Notes: generated by a model from the sequence alone, not told the origin. A stretch of 64,000 bases of DNA from an uncultured Planctomycetota bacterium (GCA_963823665.1 CAWGMQ010000002.1:1-64000), one strand, 5' to 3'; numbered from the stretch's first letter, positions 38,918-49,595 are shown. A program made the numbers and translations.

Positions 38918-41900
38918 TCACGTCACTGTCACGGTCAGCACCGACGAAGTACTGCTGTCGAAGTTCGAATCGCCGCTGTAGACCGCCTTGATCTTGTGCT
39001 TGCCCGGCGGCGTCCAGGTTTCGGTGAACGTAGCATCGCCGATGTTGTCCAGGGCCACCGTACCCAGCACCGTCGATCCATCGTAGAAGGTTACCGTTCC
39101 CGTCGGGACGCCCGAACCTGGGGCTTTCGCCTCTACCGCCGCTGTGAATGACACCGGCGTGCCGGGTGGCACGGAGGTTTGCGAGGCGCTGATGGTCGTG
39201 GTCGTCGGGTCTTGGTTGACTGTCTGCGTCAGCGCGCTGGAGGTACTCGTCGTGTAGTTCGTGTTACCGCCGTATTCGGCCGTTATTGCGTGCCTCCCCA
39301 CCGCCAGCGCCGACGTGATGAACGTCGCCTTGCCCGAACTGTTGAGCGTGCCCATGTCCAGCACGTTTGTGCCGTCGTAGAAGGTGACCGTGCCGGTCGG
39401 CGTGCCGCTACCGGGGCTATTGGCTTTGACCGTGGCCGTAAAGGTCACTTTCTGGCTGTAGACGACCGTGGACGACGACGTCGTCACCTTGGTCGAGGTC
39501 GGATCTTGGTTGACCGTCTGCGCGAGAACCACGGACGTGCTGGCTGCGAGACTGCTGCTCCCGGAGTATTTGACCGTGATGGAATTGCTGCCCACGCCGA
39601 GGGCGAACGCCGGGGTCGTGTAACTCGCCTTGCCCCCGCTCAAGTGGGCAGTGTCCAGGACCGTCGCGCCATCGAGGAACGTGACCGTTCCAGTGGGCGT
39701 GCCGGACCCGTTCACGACCGGTGTGACGGTGGCGGTGAAGGTCACCTTCTGTCCGTATACCGAAGGATTGGTGCTCGAAGTTACGGCGCTAGTGGTTGCG
39801 CCCACGTTCCAGGTGAAGTTCTGGTTGGCGCTGGCCCCATGGCCGTCGCCAGCAGCGACCGAGACGGCATAGGCGCCGGGCGCCGCGGAAATCTTTCCAC
39901 TGATCAGGCCCGAAGGGGTGTTGATCGACAGGCCCGATGGCAGGCCGGTGGCCGAATAGAGCCAGGTGTCGCCGCTGGGCAAGCCGCTGGCCTGAATCTG
40001 CAGCGATACCGATTCGCCAACCGCGCCGTTCTGCGTCCCTGGATTGGTCACCGACAGGGTGGACACGTTCCAGGTGAAGCTCTGACTGACGTTGCCGCCC
40101 TGGCCGTCGCTGGCCGTGACCGAGACCGAGTAGGTATTCGCCGAGCCAGTGATGGTGCCGGTGATCAGCCCTGAACTGCTGATGATCGACAGCCCGGGGG
40201 GCAAACCCGTTGCCGCATAGGTCCAGGCGTCGCCGGAGGGCAGACTGCTGGCCTGGATTTGCAACGAGACGTTATCGCCTGCGGCGCCGTTCTGGGTGCC
40301 CGGATTGGTTATGTCGATCACGTATACCGGAAGTGTCGCGGAGATGCCGTTGGCGAAGTTCTGGTCGCCACTATAGGCGGCCGTGATTGAGTTGGTTCCT
40401 GTAGGCAGGCTTGGGACAATCAATGTGACCTGCTGGAGGTAGGTCGAGGAGTAGGTCCCATTCTCTAATGGGTTGAGCGTAACCGTGCCGAGCACAGTGC
40501 TGCCGTCTATGAAGGTGACCGTTCCGGTGGGCACCCAGTAGCTTGACGAGCCGTTGCCGTTCTCTACCACGGTATTCGGCGTGCCGTTGGGCGTCACCGT
40601 GGCGGTCAAGGTGACAGAATTGCCAGGAGCCACCGGATTGGCCGACGCCGAGACGCTTGTGGTGGCCGTTTCCAGTACCGGCAGCACGAAAGTCGCCACG
40701 CCGGAAGAGTAATTGGAATCGCCGCTGTAGTTGGCGGTCACATGGTAGTGGGCCGCCAGCAACACCGCTGCCGACTGACTGGCCGATAGCGACAGCGTGG
40801 CCACCCCGTTATCCACCGTCGCCGTGCCCAGCGTGATGGGCGTCGTGTCGTAGTTGAGCGCATTGTTGGCCCCGGCATAGGCGGTGAAGGTCACGGTACC
40901 GGTCGGCGTCGGCCCGCCGATGCTCGAAGCCAGGTCTGCCGTGAACGTGATCGCATTGCCGTACACCGCCGGGTTAGCCGACGCGGATGCGCTGAGGGTG
41001 AAATTCGAGTAGCCGCCCAGGGCGAAGAGCGTGCCGCCGTTGTCCGAGAAGACCTCGCCATTGGGAGCAATGGCCGTCGGTGTGTAGGGCACACCGTAGC
41101 CGGCGCTGACCTCGACGGTGTTGGAGATTGTGTCGGTGCCCAGATTCCACTGGTAGGTGTAGCCGTCCTCGTCGTTGACGTAGATGCTGTCGGTCGCCGG
41201 GTCGACCGCCGTGCCGTTGGTGCACCACTCGCGGACGGCGTCGGGATCGCCGGCGTTGATGTTTCCCAAATCGGGCGATGGGCTAGAGAAGGTCATGACC
41301 TGCTGCATGACCGGAATGGGCTGCCCGTTGACCTCGGCGTCGTAGTTGGGATCGGGCTGACTGGCGTAGGGATCCAGGATGGCGATCTCGTTGACACCGT
41401 TGCCGCCGTAGGGTTCGCCGACCTCAGTGTTGGCGTAGTTGTTGTACTTGGACACAATCAGGTACGAGGACGAACCCGTGTAGCCGGGAACCGTCATCGC
41501 GTTGGGGCCGGTTAAGGGGATGATCGAGGGAGTGTCGTCCCAGCCGAAGGCCCCGGGGGTGTATTCCGTCTGCAGGTTGCCGGAGAAGTGCAAGAGGAAG
41601 CCGCGCGAGCCGTTGCCGTAGGTAGAGCCAAACGCCCAAACGCCGAAGAAAACCGTGCCGTCCGGAGCTACCATCACCGACGCCGTGCTGTCCGGGTGCA
41701 GGTAGGCGCGGTCGCCGCTGCTCTGCACACCACTGGCCGGGACGCCGCTGCCGGTGTCCGGGTAGTACAGTGGTACCGAGTACTCGGGCGCCAGAGTCGT
41801 GCTGTTGAGTCCGACCAGGTAGGAGTTGTACAAGTTGCCGTTGAGGTTGTAGCCGCCATCGGCCACGGGAAGGTACAGCGTCGAGCCGTCGTTGCCCAGG

Positions 41901-42970
41901 GCCAGCGCCGAGCCTTGCGCCGCGGTCCAGTTGCCGTCGTCGGTGGGGGTCTGCCCGGCGGTGTTTACGGCGGCGAATGCCGACACATCCGTGCCCGTAC
42001 CCGAGACGCTGATCCGGGCGATGCCTCCCTCGGTGATGCCGGACGGATTCGAATTGCCGGGGTTGACCACGTATCCGAAAAAAATGTCTCCTTGCGAGTC
42101 CACCGTCACGGGCGTGTTGATGTAAATCGACTGGTTGTAGGCGGACTGGTTGGCGTTATAGCTGGAAGTCCCGTAGAATGCCTCCTGCGTCGGAGTCACC
42201 ACACCGGTGGCCGTGTCGGGATTGCTGATGCAGTCGATCGTGCCGCCGGGGCCGGGGAAATAAACGCGGTCGGTGACCGGATCGTAGGCCGGTTGGTCGG
42301 GCGGCAACCAACCGTAAGGCGGCTCGATGTAGCTGGTCGCGGCCGAAGAGGCCGTGCTCAGCGTCCACAAACCGTCACCGGTATAAGCGCCGTTACCGGC
42401 GACGTTGATGGTGAATGAACACGTGGTGCCGTTGGTGCTAACATTGCTGACCTGATAGGTCGTGTTACCCTCGCCGGGGTTGGCGGCAGTGTCGCCCTGG
42501 GGCACGTAGACCGTAACCGATTCACCGTTGGTCAGCACCGTCCCGGGCACGATGGTGCTGGTGATCGTCATGGTGTCGTTGGCGTTGTTGGTGATCGAGC
42601 TGATCGAGCCCATGGGCGCCGTGCTCCACACTACCGCGCCGGTAACGTCGTTGATCCCGACCTCGAAGAAATTGGTGGCGCCCTGGTTGTTGGCGCCCCA
42701 GGTCACCTTGATGGGCACGACGACGACGTTGTTGGCGGTGAAAACCGGATCGCCGTAGTGGACAGCCCCCCATGGATCTATGTCGAGCGGCACTTCCCAG
42801 AGGAGTTGGTTAATGGGCTGGGCGGCGACCTGGGCCACGTCGGTGTGCTGTGCGTTGCCGCCGAAATTATTCCATGAAGCCGTAAGAACCGTACGCTCCT
42901 CCAGCCGTTCGAGGGTAACTTGGTACTGAGATCGAAGAGAACTACGCCGCGATCGGTTCTTCAACCGCAT
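38918..42970 (-). CDS. Large surface protein (1350 aa): LERLEERTVL leader, beta-rich N-terminal domain, several Big_3-like Ig domains and two putative-Ig (He_PIG-like) domains
   Basis: PTGTVTF.DG.TVL...ITA.YSGD repeats; ATGLP.GLSI...GLI.G repeats; AGGAG RBS. Confidence 0.9.
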   Translation of the reverse strand: MRLKNRSRRSSLRSQYQVTLERLEERTVLTASWNNFGGNAQHTDVAQVAAQPINQLLWEVPLDIDPWGAVHYGDPVFTANNVVVVPIKVTWGANNQGATNFFEVGINDVTGAVVWSTAPMGSISSITNNANDTMTITSTIVPGTVLTNGESVTVYVPQGDTAANPGEGNTTYQVSNVSTNGTTCSFTINVAGNGAYTGDGLWTLSTASSAATSYIEPPYGWLPPDQPAYDPVTDRVYFPGPGGTIDCISNPDTATGVVTPTQEAFYGTSSYNANQSAYNQSIYINTPVTVDSQGDIFFGYVVNPGNSNPSGITEGGIARISVSGTGTDVSAFAAVNTAGQTPTDDGNWTAAQGSALALGNDGSTLYLPVADGGYNLNGNLYNSYLVGLNSTTLAPEYSVPLYYPDTGSGVPASGVQSSGDRAYLHPDSTASVMVAPDGTVFFGVWAFGSTYGNGSRGFLLHFSGNLQTEYTPGAFGWDDTPSIIPLTGPNAMTVPGYTGSSSYLIVSKYNNYANTEVGEPYGGNGVNEIAILDPYASQPDPNYDAEVNGQPIPVMQQVMTFSSPSPDLGNINAGDPDAVREWCTNGTAVDPATDSIYVNDEDGYTYQWNLGTDTISNTVEVSAGYGVPYTPTAIAPNGEVFSDNGGTLFALGGYSNFTLSASASANPAVYGNAITFTADLASSIGGPTPTGTVTFTAYAGANNALNYDTTPITLGTATVDNGVATLSLSASQSAAVLLAAHYHVTANYSGDSNYSSGVATFVLPVLETATTSVSASANPVAPGNSVTLTATVTPNGTPNTVVENGNGSSSYWVPTGTVTFIDGSTVLGTVTLNPLENGTYSSTYLQQVTLIVPSLPTGTNSITAAYSGDQNFANGISATLPVYVIDITNPGTQNGAAGDNVSLQIQASSLPSGDAWTYAATGLPPGLSIISSSGLITGTITGSANTYSVSVTASDGQGGNVSQSFTWNVSTLSVTNPGTQNGAVGESVSLQIQASGLPSGDTWLYSATGLPSGLSINTPSGLISGKISAAPGAYAVSVAAGDGHGASANQNFTWNVGATTSAVTSSTNPSVYGQKVTFTATVTPVVNGSGTPTGTVTFLDGATVLDTAHLSGGKASYTTPAFALGVGSNSITVKYSGSSSLAASTSVVLAQTVNQDPTSTKVTTSSSTVVYSQKVTFTATVKANSPGSGTPTGTVTFYDGTNVLDMGTLNSSGKATFITSALAVGRHAITAEYGGNTNYTTSTSSALTQTVNQDPTTTTISASQTSVPPGTPVSFTAAVEAKAPGSGVPTGTVTFYDGSTVLGTVALDNIGDATFTETWTPPGKHKIKAVYSGDSNFDSSTSSVLTVTVT

Positions 42971-43340
42971 GAAGATGTCTCCTGAGGCTCGTTCGACGCG
43001 AAGCAGATGGGCTGGACAGGAAATATATCGTCAGCTCGTAACCGCGCCCATTCGTCGCCTCGGCATACCTGACTTGGGCCAGTTCTTGGCAGATTCTCTC
43101 GCTGACGGTCTCAGCCGGGAGCACTCCCCGTTCAGCACCCGCAGGTCGTCAGTGAGTTCGGTCACAGCGATCCCTCCGAACGCGCAAACCGCCATCGTGA
43201 GATCGTTGAAGCAGTCACGTAGAATACCGCCGGAGACTACCAAAGCAAAGCTCGGTCGGGCGCGTAAGCTCATTTACCGGTACAACGGGGTCACGATGTC
43301 GGGAGCTTGAAATCGAACGGCGCTGGAGCGGCCAATTCAC

Positions 43341-43407
43341 GTGCGGGACTGGAAATGCCGTGTGCGGATCAAACTGCACCGTGGGTTCGAATCCCACCCT
43401 CTCCGCT
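43341..43407 (+). repeat. Third att-like copy of the tRNA-Ser 3' part (67 bp, 2 mismatches)
   Basis: Matches 7828-7894 except at 43347 and 43368. Confidence 0.92.
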
Positions 43408-43489
43408 ACCCGATCGAAAATCGGCGTCTGCTCGAGTCGTCGCGGGAAGGGGTCTCGCTGGGCAGTGACCTGCTCCTGCTCGATGACTA

Positions 43490-44628
43490 CTATGCCGTAC
43501 CAGAAACACCGATCGCTTTCGGAGCAGTTAAGTTCGTGCCCGTCACGATCAAAGTACCCGCGAGATTCCCGGCGCCTGAGGTGTGAAGGTCACATCGACG
43601 GTCCGGAATTGACCCGGCGCCAGGTCTCCGCCACCGGTCACTCGGTCGTTGGCCGTGCCGAAAGTCGTGACCGGAGCCGTGGTGGTTACGGCTACGGCTG
43701 GTGCAATGAGCGGCGCGCTACCAACGTTGTGCACTTGCACCGCTACGCGTGCAGTCGTGGCAACGGCGGTAGACGGAAAGCTGATTTGCGACGAGGGGAC
43801 GCCGCCGACCTTGATGGCCACGGCAGGTGCCGGAGGAGCCTTTGCGGCGGGCTGCAGGATGAGGTCCGTTGCACGTTTGATCAGATCGCGAAACGTCTCC
43901 TCGCGGTAACCCACGAGAAAGGCGACCACGTAATAAATGATGAAGTCTTTGCCAGTAGTCGCTTCGTCGGTCAGGAATTTCGGCGGAGTCGCCGCGGCAG
44001 TCACGATCAGGACAAAGAGGAAAAACGCCACAATTCCCAGCACCGCACCAAACACCGGCCTCCCGATGTGCCAGTAGTTGAATTTCTTGTCCCACTGACT
44101 GTTCCACAGGAACACGCCCTCCAGGCTGATCGTGACCGCGCCCAGCGCACCAAACCAGGGAACTGCGATCGGCAGCATGCCGCCGATTATGAGGGTGGAT
44201 CCGTCAGGGCTGGCTAACCAGATATTGTAGGCCGCGGCCATCAGCAACAGCAGAGTGGTGTAGCCCATTCCGAGCCAGAAGAAAAACGACGGCCCGAGTT
44301 GGAGGATAAAAGGATTTGTCGGCTTACGACTCGCAGACCAGAGCAGCACTCCCATGCCAATGACGAGCGCGATGGCAGGAAGTACCACCCACCATGCGTG
44401 TTCAGACACGATCACCCACGGGGTTTTTGCCGTCTCAGCCGGCGATTTGCCAGCGTTCGACGCCTGACCACCCGTCTCTTTGGGCTGCTGCGAGTCTTTC
44501 TCCGGCGCCGGCTTGACGTTATTACTTGAAGCCGCCGGCACTGTCTGCGCATTTGCCCGAGGCATCAGCACCCCAGACATCATCCCGGCCCAGACGCATA
44601 GAACCACGAGAGCAACGAGGAGTCTCAC
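43490..44628 (-). CDS. Membrane protein (signal peptide, about 5 TM) with C-terminal Ig-like (ASH/choice-of-anchor-D-like) domain; frameshift near 43568
   Basis: GTG 44628 after GGAG; FLVGYREETF; V.NVGSAPL...LAPGQ..TV.VTFTP; alternate frame completes GNLAGTLIVT...VSGTA*. Confidence 0.7.
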
Positions 44629-45276
44629 GATTGTAGCTCCGCTGTTCAAAAGAAGATCACAGCAGAATTTCTTCGGAGATGATTGGATCGATCGCGTGTG
44701 CAGACAGAGACTGCGCTGCGGAACACTCAGGCGTCGACAGAACTGATTTGCAAGCTCAACCAAGCCTCTGACCGACTTGCTGAATGATCGAGCATCGTGT
44801 CGACAATGATCTGCGCTACGCCAGCCACGTTACCACGCCGGTCAAGCGGTTCAAAAAGGATTCTTCACGAACCTCATCAAGGGAATCCCGGCGCACCCGA
44901 AAGACAGATCGGTATCGGGCCGCCATCCTGACGCACCCGCGCGCCACGCGGTCCAGACCGGCCGTGCCTCAGGACGTAGTGGCAACTGCTCACCTGGACG
45001 GCACGTGGGCCAATCGGCTCTCTGAAAATTTTGGTGCAGTGTAGATTGACGTTGCCCGGCCGAGTCTGGCCAGGGCCTCCGACGCCAGACCGGCGGCGGG
45101 TCCCCGGTCGGCTGGCAGCTGTCACAGGACCCCAGCAAGCGCGCCTGGCGGCCGAGTTGCCAGGGTCGGGGGAGAGCCGACAACCTTGCCGATCGAACTT
45201 AATAGTATTGACGTGCCGCCTAAGAAATGCCCCTCCCCAGCAATCTCCAGGCGAGCCTGGCCTGAATACAGAGCGA

Positions 45277-46455
45277 TCAGCGCGCCAGCGCGTGCAGCAT
45301 CCGACCGAACAGACCACGTCCGTTGTGCGGAGTCGAGCGGCGGTCCAGGCCCATGGCATCATTGATCAAGGCATCGAGGTCGCGCAGGATTGCGGACCCG
45401 GCGGCAACCTGCCGGAGTGGACGACACCTGCTCGCTGCGAGGTTCACAGCCGGAAAGTCAGCGGCGATCGTGACCACGCGAGCGACACCAAGCATTTCTT
45501 TGATCTCCTCGCACGTGAACCCTTTCATTCGCGGATTGTAGCGGTTGAGCACGATCCACAGCGAATGCACCAGGCGCTCCTCGGGCAAGGATTCACAGAA
45601 AAGCCTCAGCGACTTGAGCGATTGCACACTCTGCATTCCGACGACGACCACTTTTTCACAGGTCCTCAAGACCTGGAATTCGACCTCGTCAAACGTACCT
45701 GGCATGTCGAGGACGGTGACATCGGCGAGTTTGCGCAGACACTCGACGATTTTGACAAACTCTTCCGGCTCGGCTGACGTCATCGAATTCAGTTTGTCAG
45801 GACCGGCGAGTATTTTGAGATTGTCCGTGAAGCGGACCAACGTTTTCTCGACAAGGTAGTCGTCGATGCGATGAATCTCGCGGATCAGGTGCGGAAGCGT
45901 CACGCGCGGCTGGAGATCGAACATCGAGGCCAGCGAACCCATTTGTTGAGTGAGCTCGGCAAGGAGCGTCGTTCGTCCCACCTGCTCCGCGATCTCGTAC
46001 GCGAGATTCGCTGCGATCGTCGTTGCCCCGCTGCCGCCTGTCGCACTCGTGACGGCAATGACCTGCCGGTCTAGCATCCCCCTGTCGAACTGTGACCCGA
46101 TCACAGCAAGCGCCTGCTGGAAATCATTCGAGTCCAGCGGCAGCGCGAGAACCTGGACCGCACCCGCCCGGTTTGTTCGGAGAAAGTCCCCGCCGTCGCT
46201 ACTTGACGATAGCGCAAGTATCGGCCACCCCTTCAAGGCCGTCGCAACACGTTGAAGTGCCTCTGGCCTTAGATCCGGACCCGACTGAACAATCACCAAT
46301 CGCGGCTGGTTCTTGTAGTGACGCAGGCAATCGACCGCCATATAAGCCGACTGAAACTCACTTTCCACGGTCGCTGACGCGTTCCACAGCTCCGTCCGCA
46401 AGCTCGGAAGTAGCTCGTCTTCGATCCCCAGCAGTACGACGGGCAACGCATACAT
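45277..46455 (-). CDS. CpaE/TadZ-like protein (receiver-like domain plus MinD/ParA-type ATPase)
   Basis: GGSGATTIAANLA, VLDMP, IVLNRY; RAGA in the N-terminal domain; GGAGGA RBS. Confidence 0.85.
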   Translation of the reverse strand: MYALPVVLLGIEDELLPSLRTELWNASATVESEFQSAYMAVDCLRHYKNQPRLVIVQSGPDLRPEALQRVATALKGWPILALSSSSDGGDFLRTNRAGAVQVLALPLDSNDFQQALAVIGSQFDRGMLDRQVIAVTSATGGSGATTIAANLAYEIAEQVGRTTLLAELTQQMGSLASMFDLQPRVTLPHLIREIHRIDDYLVEKTLVRFTDNLKILAGPDKLNSMTSAEPEEFVKIVECLRKLADVTVLDMPGTFDEVEFQVLRTCEKVVVVGMQSVQSLKSLRLFCESLPEERLVHSLWIVLNRYNPRMKGFTCEEIKEMLGVARVVTIAADFPAVNLAASRCRPLRQVAAGSAILRDLDALINDAMGLDRRSTPHNGRGLFGRMLHALAR

Positions 46456-46621
46456 TCGGCCATATCCTCCGAGCTTACACCGTCCCCGAGCCGCCAATTC
46501 ACACGACAGACTGATCGAATAATAGTTCAAGAAACGATCGAGGACGCCTCAAACATGCCGAGATTCCCGCATGCAAGGACCCGAAAGGACCCAGAGCCAA
46601 GAGCGACGAGGGCATGGGTTC

Positions 46622-47065
46622 TCACCGCCAGTAGTGATCCCTGTCGTGCTCGGGCAATTCACGATCCACAACTTGGTGTAGATAGTCCTCGCCGAAAACC
46701 AGGCGCCCGAACGTATCGTAGGGAAGCGGAGAGACAAACTTGATCCGGATTCGCCACTTCCGGAACCAGGGTTTCCATGCGGCCACGATGACTCCTTCTG
46801 TCCAGTCCGCCGGCGAAAGATCGGGTATCCGCAACCAGACCGGTTGCTGTTCCATCCGCGTCGGAAGAGAGGCTGACTCGACCAGACAGCCAGCCATCGA
46901 AATGTCGACAACTTGACAAGCGTTCTCCACCAAGCATGAATCCTTCTTCCACGCCAAACAGCACTCCGGCAAGACGACGCTATAGCGACAAGCCCGACGA
47001 CGGTCACTGCCGCTTGAAAGAGGCGCGCTGATGGTCCTGCCGGCGTGATAACTACGGATGCTCAT
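46622..47065 (-). CDS. PilZ-domain protein
   Basis: RxxxR (RRACR) and DxSxxG (DISMAG) c-di-GMP-binding motifs. Confidence 0.75.
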   Translation of the reverse strand: MSIRSYHAGRTISAPLSSGSDRRRACRYSVVLPECCLAWKKDSCLVENACQVVDISMAGCLVESASLPTRMEQQPVWLRIPDLSPADWTEGVIVAAWKPWFRKWRIRIKFVSPLPYDTFGRLVFGEDYLHQVVDRELPEHDRDHYWR

Positions 47066-47251
47066 CGGGGTGTGTCACTCTTGCAATCGCCGCGAATTTA
47101 ACACGTTCCTGGTGCAGGGGCCGTCACCAGCGGTGGCGCGACTGCACCGCTCCCGCAAGAAACCTAGGCCCCGGGCCAAAGGCTGTCAAACTCGCTGTTC
47201 CGTTCGAGCATCACGGACTTCATCAAAACCCCAGGCGCAGCTTCAACCGAT

Positions 47252-47584
47252 TCAAGGAGGGTCGTACCCTCCCGGATTCCAGGGATGACAGCGAGCGACC
47301 CTTCGCAGACCTCGCCCAAGACCCTTGAGCAGCCCGTATTTCCGCAGCGATTCCACCATGTAGCGGCTGCACGTCGGCTCGAACCGGCACGCCGGGCCAA
47401 GCAGCGGACTGAGCGTGACCTGGTACAACCGGATCAGCAGGATCAAGAGCGCCGTCATCACCCGCGCCGGCCAGTGCAAGATCGCCGAAGCGGTGGCCCT
47501 GACGCGGCTGGTGCTGCTTCTGGAGCTTGATGCCTGCTCCTCGCCGACGGACAAGCCAGCCTCTCTTTCCTGGCAATCGATCAT
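47252..47584 (-). CDS. yidD: Membrane protein insertion efficiency factor
   Basis: YQ..LSP....CRFEPTCS.Y...CHPW..GGYDP; follows rnpA. Confidence 0.95.
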   Translation of the reverse strand: MIDCQEREAGLSVGEEQASSSRSSTSRVRATASAILHWPARVMTALLILLIRLYQVTLSPLLGPACRFEPTCSRYMVESLRKYGLLKGLGRGLRRVARCHPWNPGGYDPP

Positions 47585-47946
47585 CGCCGTCTTCCGCCGA
47601 GTCGGCACGCCACGCGACCCCCCAGGTTGACCAGTGATGTCCGGACCGCATCGAGGCTCGCGTTCTGCAAACGCGGAATCACAACCAGATCGATACCCGA
47701 GGGTAGATTCCCCTTGCTCAGACGGAATGCCTCGCGCACCAGGCGCTTGAGCCGGTTCCGGGACGAGGCGGCGCGGACTTTCTTTCGAGCAACGGAGATT
47801 CCCACGCGGGAGTGAGCCAGTCCGTTCTCGACGCCGTAAACCACGAGCACCTGGTCCGACTCGGAGCGCCGCCTATCAAATGCCCGGCGGAAGTCCCTCG
47901 GGTCCTTCATTCGCTCGTGTGGCCGAAAAGTCGCGGTCACGTTCAT
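47581..47946 (-). CDS. rnpA: Ribonuclease P protein component
   Basis: RVGISVARK...RNRLKRLVREAFR (RNR motif), DLVVI. Confidence 0.93.
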   Translation of the reverse strand: MNVTATFRPHERMKDPRDFRRAFDRRRSESDQVLVVYGVENGLAHSRVGISVARKKVRAASSRNRLKRLVREAFRLSKGNLPSGIDLVVIPRLQNASLDAVRTSLVNLGGRVACRLGGRRR

Positions 47947-48230
47947 GACTGAGGATCGATTTCCTGGGCTGGGAATTCCGGCATACGAACCACCCGAGGA
48001 GCGCTCAATCGTTCCCGGATCATGCGGCCGCGACGGGCGATGTGCCAGATGAATAAAGCTCCGAACGCGGCGAAAGCAACCAGCGTCGTCCCGCACAGGA
48101 TTGCGATGGCTCGACCAAGCCGCGGCCGGGCTTCGGGGCGTTCGTCGAGAATTTGACGCAGCCGGCTTCGACGAGGTTCATCCGGTCCAGAGGCCGGGCC
48201 GCTCGAGGTCTTACCATCCCCGTCAATCAT
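47943..48230 (-). CDS. Small single-pass membrane hypothetical protein
   Basis: One TM; stop overlaps the rnpA start (ATGA). Confidence 0.65.
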   Translation of the reverse strand: MIDGDGKTSSGPASGPDEPRRSRLRQILDERPEARPRLGRAIAILCGTTLVAFAAFGALFIWHIARRGRMIRERLSAPRVVRMPEFPAQEIDPQS

Positions 48231-48293
48231 CGAGATCGCCCTTCGCTCCTGATCGACGCCGGCGAAAAATTGTCGCCACTCACCTGGAAAAGG

Positions 48294-49260
48294 TCACCAC
48301 AACCCGGCACGCGGGTTTTGCGGGTTGCGCTCGGAAAACTCCTGGATCAAGCGCTTGCCCGTCGCGTCGACTGACTTGGGCACGACGATCTTGAGCAACA
48401 CGAACAGGTCGCCCTGGGGTTTGGCGCCGGATGCGGGAATTCCTTGCCCTTTGATCCGAAGCCGTTGACCGCCGGAGCTCCCCGGCGGGACGGTGAGCGA
48501 TTTCATGCCCTCGAGCGCAGGAACTTCGATCTTCGCTCCGAGGACCGCCTCACCCACGGTGATCGGCACCTCAACCTGGAGACTCTGACCGTCTCGCTTG
48601 AAATACGGATGTGGTTCGACCTGCACGGTGATCGTCAAATCGCCAGCCGGCGTCGTCTTGGTGCCGGGCTCCCCTTGGCCCTTCAGCCGGAGCTTCGCCC
48701 CCGTATCGATGCCGGACGGAATCTTGACGACCAGGCTCTCCGGCTTGCCGTGCCCGCGCTGCAGCTCGATCGTGGTCTCGCCGCCACGTGCAGCCGTCAG
48801 AAACGGGATGATGAGATTGGCCTCGATCGATCGCCCAGCTCGCTGCCGCGGTGCACGCGACCCGCGCACCCGCCCCATCAAGTCTTCAAAAATGCTGGCG
48901 CCGCCTGCCTCCTCACCGTGCTGGCCTCCGCCAAATGAGCCGAGCAAATCGGAGAGATCGATGTGCTCGAATCCTTGACCACCGAAATGGGTGGTCCACT
49001 CGCCCCCCCCAGGCCTCGCTCCGGCGGCAGCCATGCCCTCGAACGCAGCAGCACCGAACTGGTCATAACGTGCCCGCTTTTCCTTGTCCGAGAGAATGTC
49101 GTAGGCGTGCTGCACCTCCTTGAATCGAGCTTCGGCCGACTTGTCCCCCGGATTCACGTCGGGGTGATTCTTGCGCAAGCGCGCGGTACGCCTTCTTGAT
49201 AACCTCCGGCGTTGCATCGCGAGCCACGCCCAGTACGTCGTAATAATCTCGATCTGGCAT
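48294..49260 (-). CDS. DnaJ class B / CbpA-like co-chaperone; frameshift near 49173
   Basis: MPDRDYYDVLGV...IKKAYR in one frame, HPD...YDQFG and DnaJ_C (IPSGIDTG..LRLKGQG) in the other; no Zn finger. Confidence 0.9.
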
Positions 49261-49505
49261 CGTGCGACCGACCCTCGCGGTCCAGTCCTTTCGATTCGTC
49301 CCTAACTGTTTTCTACCAGAGAATTGTACTCGTCGATCAACAACGGATTCAAGCGACGCGAAGCCCGAAAGCAAGGCCCAAGACGGCATTTCGAGCCTTG
49401 CCGTGCGCATGTTTCTTGGACCAATGCACCTCTGCTCCCATCACGTGAGGCCAGGGGCAATGCCCGACAGCCCTCGAACGGCGGCCTCAACCGAGATACA
49501 ATCAA

Positions 49506-49533
49506 TCTGTCTGTCTGTCTGTCTGTCTGTCTG
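49506..49533 (+). repeat. (TCTG)7 simple sequence repeat in a divergent intergenic region
   Basis: Read directly. Confidence 0.9.
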
Positions 49534-49595
49534 TAGAAGATACGAATCCATCCGCCGCCTGTTCACCAGCACAAGTGGAAAGCACCCGGTCTTTG

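Larger units (their letters stand above)
37972..43407. mobile_element. Genomic island 2 (~5.4 kb), in tandem with island 1; no integrase seen
   Basis: Bounded by the second and third tRNA 3' copies. Confidence 0.7.

Noticed and set aside
37909..43407. Second and third tRNA-Ser genes
   Set aside because: Both lack the 5' acceptor strand and D arm; they are att-like fragments
46450..46482. TGTAAG upstream of the CpaE-like gene (also one near 384)
   Set aside because: No ACGCT box at 16 nt, so not counted as motif copies
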